64,000 nt of DNA, from assembly GCF_016432865.1 (NCBI RefSeq), contig NC_067398.1, positions 125,798,001 through 125,862,000 on the forward strand, written 5' to 3'. The position numbers were made by a program, and so were the translations under genes. Positions 26,420 through 41,223 of the stretch are shown one piece after another. The notes below the pieces were generated by a model. The model was not told the DNA's origin and made no database searches. It saw only the letters and a program-made list of their open reading frames with translations. This stretch comes from Antechinus flavipes (lineage: Eukaryota). Each line of letters begins with the position of its first letter. The first letter of the stretch is position 1.

Positions 26420-27380
26420 TAAAGTATTCCCAAGAATTTATTGACAAGAGATGATTACCAGATCTAAATGTATGCCCTTAAATTCTCTTTTGAGGTACAA
26501 TTATGAATCACTAATTGATTTTTACAAAACTTCAACTGGATTTTCCATAGGCGTCTTAAACTCAGTATGTCAAAAATGGAATCTTTTCAGCCTCTGGGAT
26601 GTCTTTTACTTCACCTCATCCCATAGACCCAATCTTTCTAAATTTTTTTCATTTCTACCATTGCAACATCTCTCATTTATATGCCCCCTTCTTTCCACTC
26701 ATATAGTCACCATCTTAATTTAATTTAGGTCCTCATTATCTTCTAGATTTTAATTACTGATCTAATGGTTGTAGAATGATTTTCCCCCCATCTGTATTTA
26801 CCTGTCCACTAAGTTACCAAATGATTATTTTTGGAAAGAATGTCATTCTGATCATGTTACCCAGCTGTTCAATGAACTTCTGTGACTGATTGCCTTTCAG
26901 TGACTCCAGGATCAAATAAAATCCCCTGTTTAATATTCAAAGCTCTTATTAATCTGGCTCCTTCCCATCTTTCCAGTTCTTTTCTCCTTATGCACTCTAT
27001 GCTCTACTAATACTGGCCTCCTTTTCTTCAAACTTAACTGTCCATTTCCTATCTGCTGTGATTGCCTTACCTATCTAAATTTCTTGGAATGCTTTGCCTT
27101 CTCATCTATGCCACTTGGTTTCCTGGCTTCCTCTCAGATTCACTTTAAATCCCATCATCTTTTCAAGACCTCCAGTTGCTAGGACCTTCTTCTTTGTCTC
27201 TTTAATTTACTGTTTCTCTATCTTCTGTATAAGTACCTATTTACATGCTTTCTATTCCATTAAAATATAAGTTCCTGGAAGGTAGGGAATGATTCTTTTT
27301 TTTTTTTTTTGCCTTCATTTATATCCCAAGCACTTGGTACAATCCTTGGCACATAGTGAATGCTTAATAGATTGTTAATT
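26420..27380 (-). mobile_element. L2 LINE 3' remnant
   Basis: L2-like cattctgatcatgttaccc...caggatcaaataaaatcccctg...cacatagtgaatgcttaatag. Confidence 0.8.
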
Positions 27381-27956
27381 GTATTTTTGGAGTGGCAAGG
27401 ATGATACCCATAGTTCAAGGTATAGAAAGACACATCCCAGCTCAAAACAAGAACGTCCTAAGAATTTAAAAAAACCATTTAGTTCCCAACTGTTCAAAAG
27501 TGCCATGGTCTGCCTTAGAAGGCAGTCAGTTCTCCATCATTAGAAGTCTTCAAGAGGAGGCTAGATGGTCATCTGTTTGGCAGTGTTGTGGAAGGCTTCA
27601 GGAAGGAGTTGTACTAGATGAATCATGAGGTCACTCCTAACCCTAAGATTTTATGACAAAAATCTTAATCAAGCATGGCACTAAAAAAAAGAGGAGGAAT
27701 ACATATTGCTAAAGATAAATCTTTAGGATGGTTTTTTATATTACATTATATTTTATCACCTAATTAGGATGTATAGGAATCCCCTCAGGAAAGTGTATTT
27801 GTACAAATAATACTAATGAGATATTTTCATCTAATGACTGAAGTTTTCCCACATTTTATATCTATTATTTGCCTTTTCTCAAATTATTTATTCTTTTTAT
27901 CTTGAGGAGGTAGATATCCATTACTTGGACAAAAGGTCAGGAGTTAACAATACCTA

Positions 27957-28139
<183 letters not shown>

Positions 28140-29769
28140 TTACCATTTTTAATGAATGTAATTTTTGCACATTAACTTTGGTTTTTGATGGATTTTTAAA
28201 GGTACCACCCATTTTATGGATCCCATAATCTATAGGTTGTTAATTATCCCTACACATGCTAATGTATTTCTCAGTCATAAGTCTTTCTTCTGAACCAACA
28301 GTTTGCACTCCAGACATAGATACCTGAAATGACTGAGATCATGACCCACTTAAAAATCTTACTATTCTTTACAAAGTTTTTGAATGTAAGTTCACTTTAT
28401 CATAACATTCTTGTGAAATCATCTGTGATGATTGTGATCTGCAGCTAGCTTTGGAGGATAGTTGTTATGTCATGCTAACCATTGGCACTTTTTTGGTCAT
28501 TCCCATTGCAAATCTCATTTGTCTGTTTGTAAGATGGTACTCCGACATAATGAAGGGCTTGTCCATCATAAAGGACCTTACCTGTTTACTTGATATTTAT
28601 TCTTTTTATTTACAAATTAGGGGAAAATCTTTAGGGGTCTTAAAGTTCAAAAAGAATTGATAAGATTATGCCTCATTTCTGAATAATGATCACTATTTAT
28701 TTATGTATTCCTATAGCTGGGAACTGGAGATCCTTCCTACTGCTAGGGGAAAAGTCCTGAGTATCTGATTATGTGAGTCACTGGGAGATGCCAAAATGGC
28801 ACATCTTAAAGGGACAATGTAACTTTCCTCTTATCATGGAGGATAGGATCTCCTGAGAGCTAGGTTGTGCACAGAAGTGTGGGGATGAGAAAAGATTTTG
28901 GGTTCATGATTTAAGTAAATGATTGAGAGAAATGGGAGGGGTGACTAGAAACCAGCTGACACTGCTGCCATGAATCACCAGAGGAGGAAGATGGCTTTCA
29001 GATTTGTCAGTTCTTGGAATTCTTTGTCCCATTCTAGATACATTCTCCAGATGACAACAGACTTCTCTGTTACTCAACAAGTAGCTGCCTGGATATCCCC
29101 AACAGGGAGTCCTGGTCACTCCCACTTCTGCCTGTTATTGAATATTTCACTTACTGACAAGGCACAATTAACTATAGCTTTCAAAAAGGTCCAACTCCCT
29201 GAAAGGAATATAGAAGCCTCCCCAACCTTATCTGTATCTACATTTTTTTCTCTTCTTCTTTCCTTGAAACCCTAGGAAAACCCAGAAAGCTGAGTCATGC
29301 TATCAGAATAAGACCAGCAGTAATGACACACTGCCCCTTTCCATCTCCCCATTCCCCTTTCATTGGGAGTTTGAATCTCTACTAGCCTCTAGTTCCCCTG
29401 GGGTTGGGAGTGGAGAAGTCATCCCTTTTTATTACTACTATGAATTAACACCAGTCCTCAGGTCCAATCTCCATATTCCCTTCTCCCAATGTTCAGTACT
29501 GTTAAACCAAAGGAAGAACCCCATAAAAATTTATCAGACTATTGGCTTGAGAGAGGGTGTCCAATTCTTCCCAAGATTCACTAGGGTGTCTAATACAACC
29601 CAGGACTTCCCAGGGTATAATATGTTTTCATTTTCCTTCCTTGACAGTCCCTCATTTTATATCCTTCCTCAAGAAAACTGTTTTTCATTACTATCTTGTG
29701 AGTTCTGTACTTCTTTGTATTGGACATTGGTATTCTAAACCTTTATAAATATGCATTAAGACCTTCTTC

Positions 29770-30690
29770 CTGAAAGCAGATTGGTAGAAATGAGGCATAC
29801 CTCAACATCTCACAATGTATACCAAGATAAGCTCAAGATGGTTTAGATAAACATTTTGACATAAAGGGTTATGTCATAAATAGATTAGTGGAGCATGGAA
29901 AATTTTCCTGTTAGAACTACAAATAGGATAAGAGTTCATGACTAGAGATAGGGAAGTACACAGAAAGTGAAATGGATAATTTTGATTATACCAAAAAACA
30001 AACAAATGCAGCTAAAATTAGAAGAAAGTAGGAAACTAGGGGAAAATGTACAAGTTTTTCTAATAAAGGTCTTATTTCTCAGGGAACAGTCAAATTTATA
30101 AAAATAAGAGTCATTTCCCAATTAGTAAATAATCAAAGGATATAAATAGTTTTAGAGAAAGAAATAAAAATTATCAATAGCTATATGTAAAAAAAGTCCA
30201 AGTCACTAATAATCAGAAAAATGCAAATTAAAACAATTTCAAGCTACCACTTTATGCTCATCTAAATAAGTTGAGATAATAAAAAAAATGAAAAGTACTG
30301 GTAGGGATGTGGGGAAATAAGTATACTATTGTACTGTTGGTGAGCTAATCCAACAATTCTGGAGAGCAATTTGTAACTATGATTCAAAACATATTCATAC
30401 CAGTGATACTACTACTAGATCTATATCTCAAAGAAAGTAGAAAAGTTCCAATATATAGAAAAATACTTATAGCAATTCTTTTTTGTGGTAGTAGAGAATT
30501 AGTAGGAATGTCCATCTTTTGGTGGAATGGCTGACCAAGTTATGGAATGTGAATATAAGGAAATACTCTTATGCTGTGAGAAAAGATAAAAGTGATGGTT
30601 TCAGAAAACCTGGGAAGACTTGTGTGAACTGATGTGAAGTGTAGTGAGCAGAACCAGGAGAACAATTTATATAGTAAAAACAATATTGTT
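29770..30690 (+). mobile_element. Old LINE-1 ORF2 3' fragment, antisense to MROH2B
   Basis: gaaaaatgcaaattaaaacaatt...gggatgtggggaaata...ctggagagcaatttg...ggaatggctgaccaagttatgg. Confidence 0.85.
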
Positions 30691-30764
30691 CCTAGACAAA
30701 GATTATAGGATCATAAATTTAGTGCAGGAAGAGATAATAGAGCTAAATTCAACCTCTCATTTTA

Positions 30765-30767
<3 letters not shown>

Positions 30768-30815
<48 letters not shown>
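30768..30815. repeat. (CT)n microsatellite followed by a pyrimidine tract
   Basis: about 23 CT units. Confidence 0.97.
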
Positions 30816-30819
<4 letters not shown>

Positions 30820-30875
30820 CTTTCTCCAAATCTTCCTTTCTTCCTCTCTCCCTTTCTTCCTTTTCCTCCTTACTA

Positions 30876-31070
<195 letters not shown>

Positions 31071-32959
31071 CTAAGATTTCAGTCAGAGATATTGGCATTA
31101 TTACTCATGCTTTCTCCATAAATTCAATTTGACATTGCTTGTTTTACTACCCTACCATTTTTGTGATTTTTCTAAGCCTAGCCTTTCCTAGCCTACATGT
31201 ATAATACTTTGCAGTTTAAATAATATTTTACACACAGTATACCCTTTGATTCTCATAAGAGGACTGAAACAAACAGGGCATTGTTATACTCATTTTACAG
31301 ATGAAAAAACTGAGGTTCAGGGTAATTAGTCTCTGGCTCAGGCTCAGGAGCAGTGAAAGGACTGGCAGATATCCTTCAATTGCAACTGATTTTTCTAAGT
31401 AGCTTTTTAACAGAATCATACAAGACCAGAAGGGGACTTACAGGTCATATAATCTATCTCTTTATTTTAGAAATGGGGAAAGTGAGATCCAGAGAGGTTA
31501 AATAATATATCCAAAGCAACACAGTAGTACATGGCAAAGTTTGGCTTCAAGGCAGAGAGGTCTTTTGTTTTCAAATCCAGCACTTAAGAAAATCAGGGAA
31601 ATAAATTCCTTTTTTTTCCCAGAAAAAAGGCATAAAAATATTTTAAATCCTAATAATAAATAAGGTAAATGGGAAGAGGAGTGGGGTTTTACATGGCAAC
31701 TTAACTAAGAGGAAAAAAAGGAAATAACAAAATTAGAGAGGAAATAGAATTAAGTTTAAAATACTCAAAAATAAGAAAACAGGAGACAAATAAGAGGGGG
31801 TAGTATTTGAAGGGGACTTGAAGAGCCAGTGGGAATAAGTTGGAGTAAAGTAGATTAAACAAAGATAAAGAGTAATATATTGTCTTTACAAAGAAGAACA
31901 AGAATAAGTTCTAATTTTGAAAAAAGTAGACATAAATGGAAGAAAATTAAGACCTTACTCTCATAACTTTTGACATGAATGGATAGAACAATACATAAAA
32001 TGGAAAAGTGACAGATTGGATAAAATATATTCCATATGGACCAGGGGAACATATTTATGTGTTCTTTAAGATTTTATCTTTGACAGATGAAAGCAGAATT
32101 CTGTGAACCTTTTAGGAGTTATATCCAACTAGAGATGAAACAAAATTTTCTTTAGGAGAACTGAGAACACCTATTGAAATATAAGATTTGATTATGCAAG
32201 GTTGATAACTTTAACTTTACCCTAATAATAAAATCAAAGCCAGTGTTGGGTGGTTTTAACCCCACCTATGCATTAGCATTTATACAACTCTTACTTTGAA
32301 AAGCAACTAACATATGATCTCATTTAATACATATAATAACCCTGAGAGTTAGATATTATTTAATTTCCATTTTACAGATGAGAAACCTGAAGCTGAAAAA
32401 GGTTAAGTAACTGGGTCAGAGTCACACAAGTAGTGTCTGAGACAAGATTTTATCTAGTATTTTCCTGACTCCAAGCCTCGTATTCTATTCACTATTTCAC
32501 CTAGATCTCTATTTCTATGTTTGTTTCAGTCATTAACCATTCAAAACCAAAGCAGTTGATTGTGTGTACAGAGGACAATAAAAAATGCTTGTTCCCCAAT
32601 CACTTATATGAGTACAAAATACAATATTTCTTGGCAAGTTTTATAGATGAGGAAACAGTTTCATAGCAATTGGTATCTAACACTGGGTTAAGAGTAAGGA
32701 TAGAGAGATGATAATATGATTCTGAACAACTTTCCAGAAGATCAGAGAATCATAGATTAAGAGCTAGCAGAGACCTTTATGGTCATTGGGTCTGATCCTT
32801 GAATTTTGTAGATGAAAGAAATATGAAACTAAGAGGTTGATGATATCCACAGCTGGATTTTTCAATGAAAAAAGTCCTTTTCAAATCTGACTTCTTCCAG
32901 GCAAGGGACTATTAGCTTTTAAGTAACCAAAAAACCTTTTATAGACTTAACTAGGAATA

Positions 32960-33300
32960 GTATTTTGGGACTCAAGAATTATTTCTCAATTGGTAAATGG
33001 TCAAAGTATATAAAAGGCAGTTTTCGAAACAATGACCTACAACAATTCAAAGGAGCTTATGATGAAAGAAGCTATTCATATTGGAAGAGAGCACTGATAA
33101 GATTCAAAATGTATATTGAAGCATATTTTTCCTTCTTTTTTTTTCTCCCTCACCCTTTTTTTGGGAACATGGCTAATGTGGAATGTTGTTTTGCAGGACT
33201 CTACATATTTATAATGGGTTTTGTTTTTCTTGCTTTTTCAATGGGTGAAGAATATGAAGGAAGGAGGAGAGTTTTGGAACTCAAAATTGAATAAAAAAAG
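32960..33300 (+). mobile_element. LINE-1 3'UTR fragment
   Basis: caacaattcaaaggagcttatgatgaaa...ggaactcaaaattgaataaaaaaag. Confidence 0.7.
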
Positions 33301-34048
33301 CAAAACAATCCATCATATTTAACAGTTAGGAAGTATTACACCTCCCATACTTTACCATTTTTTATATTTACCATGATATTTGCTCACTGATCTGGAAATG
33401 TTTATTAGTTTTGTACAGCAGTTAATCCTTGGGCCCACTTAATCATTAAATTGGCCTTCTTTGTGTCCTTCTAGTTGTTCCCTGCATATGACATCTTATC
33501 CTCTCCCTTTATGCCTTTGTACAAATGTTCCCTATTATAAGGGCTCCTGAGCCTCATTGATCTGCAGTTTTATTCAAAGTACAGATAAAAATCTATATTA
33601 TATATGAAGTTTTTCTTTGTCCCTCTAGTTATGAGGATTCTTTCCTTCTTAAAATAATTTTATTTCTATTTGTTTTTGTTTAGTTTTGTGTGAACTATAT
33701 CCTCTATACTACCCCCCATTCCAGCTCCATGTAGAATATAGGCTTTTTGAGGGTAGAGGCTATTTTGCTTTTGTCTTTATATCCATAACTCAACATTTTG
33801 TCTTGCATATCATAGGCATATAATAAATATATATAGAATGAGTGAATTTTGTTTCCATTTATTGGTGGTCATTCTAATGTCCCCTTTTTATCCAGTAGAT
33901 CATCTAGATTTGTGGAATGATTACTAATAAATCTGTGTTTTAGTTCAATCAGAAACATAATTTAAAAGTGACTGTGGGTTAAAAAAATATTTTGTGAGCT
34001 AAAGAAGAATTCACTTTGTTCTCAAGCTCTCTCTTCCCCCAAAGTTAC

Positions 34049-34146
34049 CTTAGCCATATTAGATATAATCCAGAGCTGGACATGGCTATCAGTAGACTGC
34101 AGTCCTTCCTGCAAATGTCTTAGTTTCTCCATCTCCTGGGGAAGGT
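34049..34146 (-). CDS. MROH2B: MROH2B exon 29 (98 nt)
   Basis: attttag|AC CTT...AAG|gtaact; (D)LPQEMEKLRHLQEGLQSTDSHVQLWIISNMAK. Confidence 0.92.
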
Positions 34147-34200
34147 CTAAAATCACCAGAGGAAAAACTAGATCAGAATAAAGAGACTGTTAAGTTGGAG

Positions 34201-34397
34201 CAAGAGTTCTTAACTTTTTCTTTGTGTATATCATGGGTCCTCTTGGCTGTCTGATGAAGCTTACTCACCCCTTCTCAGAATCATGTTTTGAAATGCATAA
34301 AACAAAATACCTCAAATTGTGAGGGAAACAATTTTATTGTAAAACAGTTATTAGGATATTAAAAAAAAATTTATTGACCCCAGGTTAAGAACCCATG
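34201..34397. mobile_element. Charlie4-like hAT MITE
   Basis: caagagttcttaact ... aggttaagaacccatg inverted ends. Confidence 0.8.
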
Positions 34398-35029
34398 GGG
34401 TTAAAGGGACTATTCATAATGCGATTTCTCAGCATATCAACTGTAGCAAGATTTTGGCATCTAAGCATAGGGCTGGTTTCTGTGTTTATTATCTCTACTG
34501 GACACAATGGGACACATGAGATCTATTTCAAAAGCAATTGATAAGCAGGCAAAGGCCATTATGATACTTAGTTTCCCAGAAAATTAAAAAAAAAATTTGA
34601 GTACCATGAAGCAAATTAGTGTCTTGCTAATTTATCTAAAGTATTCTATTCTAGTCAAGACCAACTGAGATTTTAACTTTTCTCTTGATGAGTTCTTCAA
34701 ACATCCCTCTTTGCTATAACATTGACCAACTTTGTTTCTATTCTCCTTTCTCTCTTGACTCAGAAAAACCATTTCTTCAATAAGTAAATAATAACAATAG
34801 CCCCATTTTCCCAAGGGAATTTTGAATTTTATCTATTTATTCTCTTTCACTTTTCACCCTACTCTCTCAGATTGTATAGGCTGGAACTTCTAAGTAGACT
34901 ATCAATACCTCTGAGTGATCAATCCCATTTAGAGGTACAAGATCACTGGTGTTTGTTTTTTCCATTTAAATGTCAGAAATTTGTACTCTTGGCTTGCCTG
35001 TTGTCTGTTTCCACATATACACAAAAATG

Positions 35030-35245
35030 TGTATGTATACCCATATATTTATATATTATATATGTAAACTGAAATATATATTTATTGAAATCTCATGCCT
35101 TCTCCCTGTATGCATACATGTATGTATATATTCAATGACACACATGTGTTTGTATATATGTAAATATATGTGTGTACATACATATGTGTGTATATATATG
35201 TGTGTATATATATATATATACACACACATACAAACATATATACTG
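35030..35245. repeat. Compound (TA)/(TG)/(CA) low-complexity tract
   Basis: tatatatgtgtgtatatatat...cacacacatacaaacatatat; source of spurious ORFs at 34970-35256. Confidence 0.9.
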
Positions 35246-35811
35246 TGAGATTTCAATTAAATGGAGAAACTGGTATTTTCCCCCAATTTCTCACTTCTTG
35301 ATCTAAATAAATGGTGAAATATGCATATTCCAATATATACTGAAAAGTTGTAAGCAGAAGGCCTTTCTCTTTAGTATGGCTAGACTCAATAGTAAACTCT
35401 ACTTGACTGTTGGATTCTTCATCTGGCTTCTGTCCAGTGCCATACTTTGTTAATTTTTGACTGAGTACATTCAGTGATGTTTATGTAGGGTCATGCTATT
35501 CAAATAAAAAAAAATCAACAAAGACATTTTTTTTCACATTTACCTTTGAAATAAATTTAGCCTTTGAAAAGTTATGCAATTTTCAACTTAAAAACCATGT
35601 GTCAGAGGAAGTTATGCTATGACCAACTGCATTGTGCTTTAATGTGAAACTCAACAGTTAATATAGAAATTTGCAATGCTTGCTTAGAAAAGAAAGGAGA
35701 TGGGAGGAGAGGAGGAGGAAAAGAGAAGGAGAGATGGAACATTTGACAGCAGAAGAAAGAAAATATATTTTTTTAAATAGAGTAGTTCCCTTATGTTTTT
35801 TTTTTTCTCAC

Positions 35812-35932
35812 CTTTGAGAAAAAACAGACCAATAACAGCATCAGCAGCCCATAGTCGGATGGTGGCTAGAGTATCACAGCAATGAGGTGCAAAAAGTCCA
35901 AGAAGAGGACCAATTCTAAATCTTTCTGGTGA
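35812..35932 (-). CDS. MROH2B: MROH2B exon 28 (121 nt)
   Basis: ctttctcatag|TCA CCA...AAA G|gtgaga; SPERFRIGPLLGLFAPHCCDTLATIRLWAADAVIGLFFLK. Confidence 0.95.
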
Positions 35933-36306
35933 CTATGAGAAAGAACAAAGGTAACCTTAAGATTTCTCACACAGGAGAAGTGACATTCCATCATATCTTG
36001 GATATCACATTTAATTCCACTAACTTCTTTTGTACAAACCCAAGGATTAAAATGAGATTCAAATTTTTCCTTAAAAAGAGTTAGTGGTTTCCTATTATAG
36101 CAAAAAATCACTTAATGTTCAAGGGGAAAATCATCATTTTGTGTCTATATTTGTAATTCTTGGGCTCATGAGTTTGGGGAAATTTTCTCTTCAGTAAAAG
36201 AAAAATGGAGATTGAGGTTTTAATAAGTAAGAAAAAAAACTTACTAAAGCATTTTACATTTCCCTAAAGATTCTTTAGTTAAATCTGCTTCAGATTCATT
36301 CACCTA

Positions 36307-36411
<105 letters not shown>

Positions 36412-37005
36412 CTATTGGTAATTAAGAAAAAGAAGTATATCTTTAGTAGTTTTTGTTTTCTTTATCATGGAACTCTTTTCTCTTCCTCTATCTTTCTATC
36501 TCTCTGCTTCTTTCTTTTCCCTTCTTCTGTCATTACTCTCTATCTAAGGGGAAAAACTCTGCAATATTAAGTGTTGAAGTAATGAGATCCTTAATTTTTT
36601 TTGAATGTGTGGAAGGAATTTTCTGCTCCTTTAGCACTGGAAAGAGAAGGTTGTTCTTTGTATGAATGTGTTTTCTTCTCTTTTAGGTTGTTAGAACTGG
36701 GGACAAGAACTGTGTTGTTTAATTCCTCTTTATCCATTATATCCCAACATCATGCTGAGCCCTGAGTTCAAAATAGGGACTTAAGTTTGTCAGACAGATG
36801 AGTGGAGTGACAGGAGCTGTAACATAATATAAAAGGAGGATGATATTATTTCCCCCTTTTCCTACAAGTCAAGAAAGCCTGTGAAATTGGTGATATGGAA
36901 CTGGAAGAGACAGAATTTTGGACAGAGGGGGATCATAAGAGAAATAGAATTAGTTTGGGTTAGTGGATGAAGAGTCAGAAAGAAAATAAAAGAGAATAAC
37001 CATCA

Positions 37006-37149
<144 letters not shown>

Positions 37150-37356
37150 TCAGCTTGAATTAAGGTAGCTGTATTACCATGATTTTTTTTTCGGAGAATG
37201 TTGAAGATTATAAAAGCAAGATTGCTGGACTTATAATTGGAAGATTTGAGTTCAAACCCCATTTCAATTTACTGTCTATATGACCTTGTAAAAGTCACCT
37301 AAGATCTCTGGGGTCTCAGTTTTCTCTTTTGTAAGACAGTGCGTTGAATTAAAAAT

Positions 37357-37552
37357 CAAGAGGTTCTTAACCTGGGATCCATGAAGTTTTTTTTTTTTAA
37401 TTTATAACTTTTAATACAATTAATTTTTCTTTGTTATTCTGTGAATTTTATTTTAAGAATTTAAAAACATCAAGAAGTTTATAATCTCCTTGAGGCTAAC
37501 AAAGGAATTGATAATACACACACACGCACACACAAAAGGTGAAGAATCACTG
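37357..37552. mobile_element. Charlie4-like hAT MITE nested in a MIR
   Basis: caagaggttcttaacctgggatccatg ... aaaaggtgaagaatcactg; MIR tail gactagaagatttctaaaacccttcc resumes after it. Confidence 0.8.
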
Positions 37553-37636
37553 GACTAGAAGATTTCTAAAACCCTTCCCAAGGTCAGTCCTATGATGCTA
37601 CTGTCCTGGTTTGGGAACCCAGACCTCTTTCCTTCA

Positions 37637-38080
<444 letters not shown>

Positions 38081-38501
38081 TTAAACAGCTACAATCTTAG
38101 AAACAAGGATCCCTATTTGTTTTGTATCACCAACTGTGCTTAGACCAGGATTATATATATTGTAGGTAATTAAAGTAATGCAATGAATGATAATATTTAG
38201 ACTAGTTTTCTTTTTTAGGTAAACAGAAAGTGTTGAAACTAAATGAAAGGAATGAGATCAGGGCAAACACCTTTTAACCTAGAATATTAAAGTTTACTCC
38301 TGAGGAGATCATATTAAGAATGTATATTTGTACTCTGTACTTAAAGCTGACTCTTCTGACTGGCTGCTTCTTGATAGTTATCCCATACATATAGTTTACT
38401 AGCCCCCCCCCTTCTGGAAAGACAAGCAGTTTCCAATCCAAACAAATCACATTTATAGGATTTTGATTTTTTTTGTCAAAATTATCAAATCCACAGATCT
38501 A

Positions 38502-38675
<174 letters not shown>

Positions 38676-38993
38676 TCATCCCCTTGATTCCTACTTCAAC
38701 TACCTTGGTATCCCAGATGCTTGCTGCCTTCTTGAAAACTCAAGGAGGTAATTTTAGTGGGAACTGATACACTCATCAAATGAGATAATATTTATAAGGT
38801 ACAGTGCCTGGGACACAGTGAGAACTTAACAGATCCTTTTTTTTCCTTTCCTCTGTCCTTCCTTGGGGTTGATCAATTTCAGTGTTTCATATTTGTTAAT
38901 TTTTAGAAGGGAACCCTGAACTTTTGTTGAACAAAAATAACAATAAATAAACAAAAATCTAAGAGATTATCCAGTGCACCTTTGTACACTCAC

Positions 38994-39116
38994 CAGCATA
39001 TGTCCAAGGAGTACTTCCTTACTGGTAAAATTAAAATTCAGTAGTTCTTCAGTGTCCCGAATAGCAATGCAAATTTCAGTGATGCTTTTTGTGAAGGTCA
39101 TTTGCAAATCCACATT
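38994..39116 (-). CDS. MROH2B: MROH2B exon 23 (123 nt)
   Basis: ttccctttag|AAT GTG...CTG|gtgagt; NVDLQMTFTKSITEICIAIRDTEELLNFNFTSKEVLLGHML. Confidence 0.95.
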
Positions 39117-39476
39117 CTAAAGGGAAATGAAGGTACTCATAAAGGGGAGATACTCTAAAGGGAAATGAAGTCACTGGATATAAAATATATCTTTGATATC
39201 TGTCCCAAGAAAATCCAACCCACCCCTTTCACATATTGGATTTGTTGCCTTGTTTCTACATAGAAGAGTCCAACTTTCAAACTCTACTGAAAAGTTGTGA
39301 AGTCCTTTGCATTGCTTTAGAGCAGCCTCAAGTTCCATGACTCCAGAATAGGAGACATCCCTAATCTGATGATCCTATTGTTGGAAACCAAATCAAGATG
39401 ACATATAATTTTGAATGATTTTTTATAATAAACTTTAAAATAGATAGAACAACAAAAGCATTGAAATATAACTCAC

Positions 39477-39503
39477 CTTGTTTAAAACAGTTATTCCCAA
39501 TAC
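39477..39503 (-). CDS. MROH2B: MROH2B exon 22 (27-nt micro-exon)
   Basis: taacttttcag|GTA TTG GGA ATA ACT GTT TTA AAC AAG|gtgagt; VLGITVLNK vs recalled human VLGMSVMNK. Confidence 0.92.
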
Positions 39504-40133
39504 CTGAAAAGTTAAAAATGAAAGCAAAAACTCAGTAAGTGGTTATGGAATAATCAAATCTTCTTGAAACTAGCTCATTTGCCTGACAGAGAACACTGAC
39601 ACATGATTCTATAACCTATCAGTGGCTTTTCTCAATCCTCTCAAATTTGTGATCTTTGAGATCCAAAATATCAAACTAAGTACCATTTTCAGAATGGTCC
39701 TTGACTAACTAACCAGGGAAATGCAAGTCAGAAAATTATCCCAGAATTTCACAATTTCTGGTGTCACATGATTAGTCTAAAAATTATTTTGTATAATGTG
39801 AGAAAAAAGAGTATTACTATATGGAAGGAAAAATGGAGCTGGAAGTTTATGAAATTTAATGCAATTGGGCAAATGAGCAAAAGAGAAACAAACAAAACTG
39901 AAGCTTTGAGTTACAAAGATCCAGCATTAATTCAAAGAAGTGATATGAAAATATTTCTGCCTTCTTTGCAGAAGTGGATAGGATGTAAAGTTAAATTTGA
40001 TTGATGAGCTGGTTTTGTTTAATTTTTCCCATTTTTTGTTATAAAACTGACTTTTCAGTAGGAAACTTTATTTTTTTGTTTTTTAATTTAGAGCTCTAAG
40101 GTAGTAGACAACAGGGAAGGGATAACTAAGTTG

Positions 40134-40287
40134 TTTTTTTTTTTTTTTTTTTTTGGGAGCAATTTGCAATTGTGACTTGCTCAAGATCACATATCTACTA
40201 AGTGTCAAATGTCTGAGGTCAGATTTAAATTCAGGTCCTCCTGACTCCAGGGTCTGTGCTCTATCCACTGTGCCATCTAGCTGATCC
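40134..40287 (-). mobile_element. WSINE1-type SINE with poly(A) tail
   Basis: reverse complement ggatcagctagatggcacagtggatagagcac...ctggagtcaggaggacctgaatttaaatc...A-tail. Confidence 0.88.
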
Positions 40288-40317
40288 AAATTCAATATTA
40301 TTGATTACTATAAAATT

Positions 40318-40492
40318 NNNNNNNNNNNNNNNNNNNNNNNNNNNNNNNNNNNNNNNNNNNNNNNNNNNNNNNNNNNNNNNNNNNNNNNNNNNNNNNNNNN
40401 NNNNNNNNNNNNNNNNNNNNNNNNNNNNNNNNNNNNNNNNNNNNNNNNNNNNNNNNNNNNNNNNNNNNNNNNNNNNNNNNNNNNNNNNNNNN
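40318..40492. other. Assembly gap (175 N)
   Basis: run of N. Confidence 1.
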
Positions 40493-41070
40493 AACAACAA
40501 CTTTTTCCTTTCACACTTTTTCAAATAATATTTACCATGTCTATATTTTCACTTTTTCACTATAAACAAAAATGTTCACAGATAGTGATTAGTGTACTGT
40601 GCTGTTGTAAGAAATAAAATATAGTTTTTATCCTCAAAGAGCTTAGAATGCAGTTGAATGAACAAGACATAGATGGCTGAGCTTAAGTTTTTATAAAAGC
40701 TCACAATATAAGATATATCAGTAAAAGACTCTTTGCAAACTAAAGGAATTATATGCACATAATAAGTGCTGAGATCAGAGTAAGATTAGATCAATGTGAG
40801 TTAAATTTCTTTGGGAGAGCATCATGAATAAACCTGGTTTTTAAAGGAGTTGAGTAACCCGCCAACCTTTTTTACAGAATATTTTCTTATGTTTTTCCCA
40901 TTCTCTTAGGTTCGTTATTCCAATTTTCTTGAGGCTTAATCATCAGGACTCACAGCCTGAACAATCCTCCTTTGATTCTTAGGAATGCCTGTGAATTAAA
41001 AATCCTTGAATTTTATGTGGAAAAACACTGAATTAGACCCCATAAGCATCCTGATGTTTCTGATTGTTAC

Positions 41071-41223
41071 CTGACAGCTGGAAGTATAGAGATTCAAGAC
41101 TGGGGTCACAATCTCTTTTTCCACAATGGGGAGAAGTAGTCTTTTAGGAGATTGGAGAGCTATATTTCCATAAACTGCAATGAGGTCAATCTTGGTCAAT
41201 ATCTTCTTTCCATACAAGATAGT
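41071..41223 (-). CDS. MROH2B: MROH2B exon 21 (153 nt)
   Basis: atatttag|ACT ATC...CAG|gtaaca; TILYGKKILTKIDLIAVYGNIALQSPKRLLLPIVEKEIVTPVLNLYTSSCQ. Confidence 0.93.

Noticed and set aside
28904-29275. Overlapping 73-aa and 101-aa ORFs in intron 30
   Set aside because: No homology recognised, no good splice-site pair, and exons 30 and 31 already join in frame.
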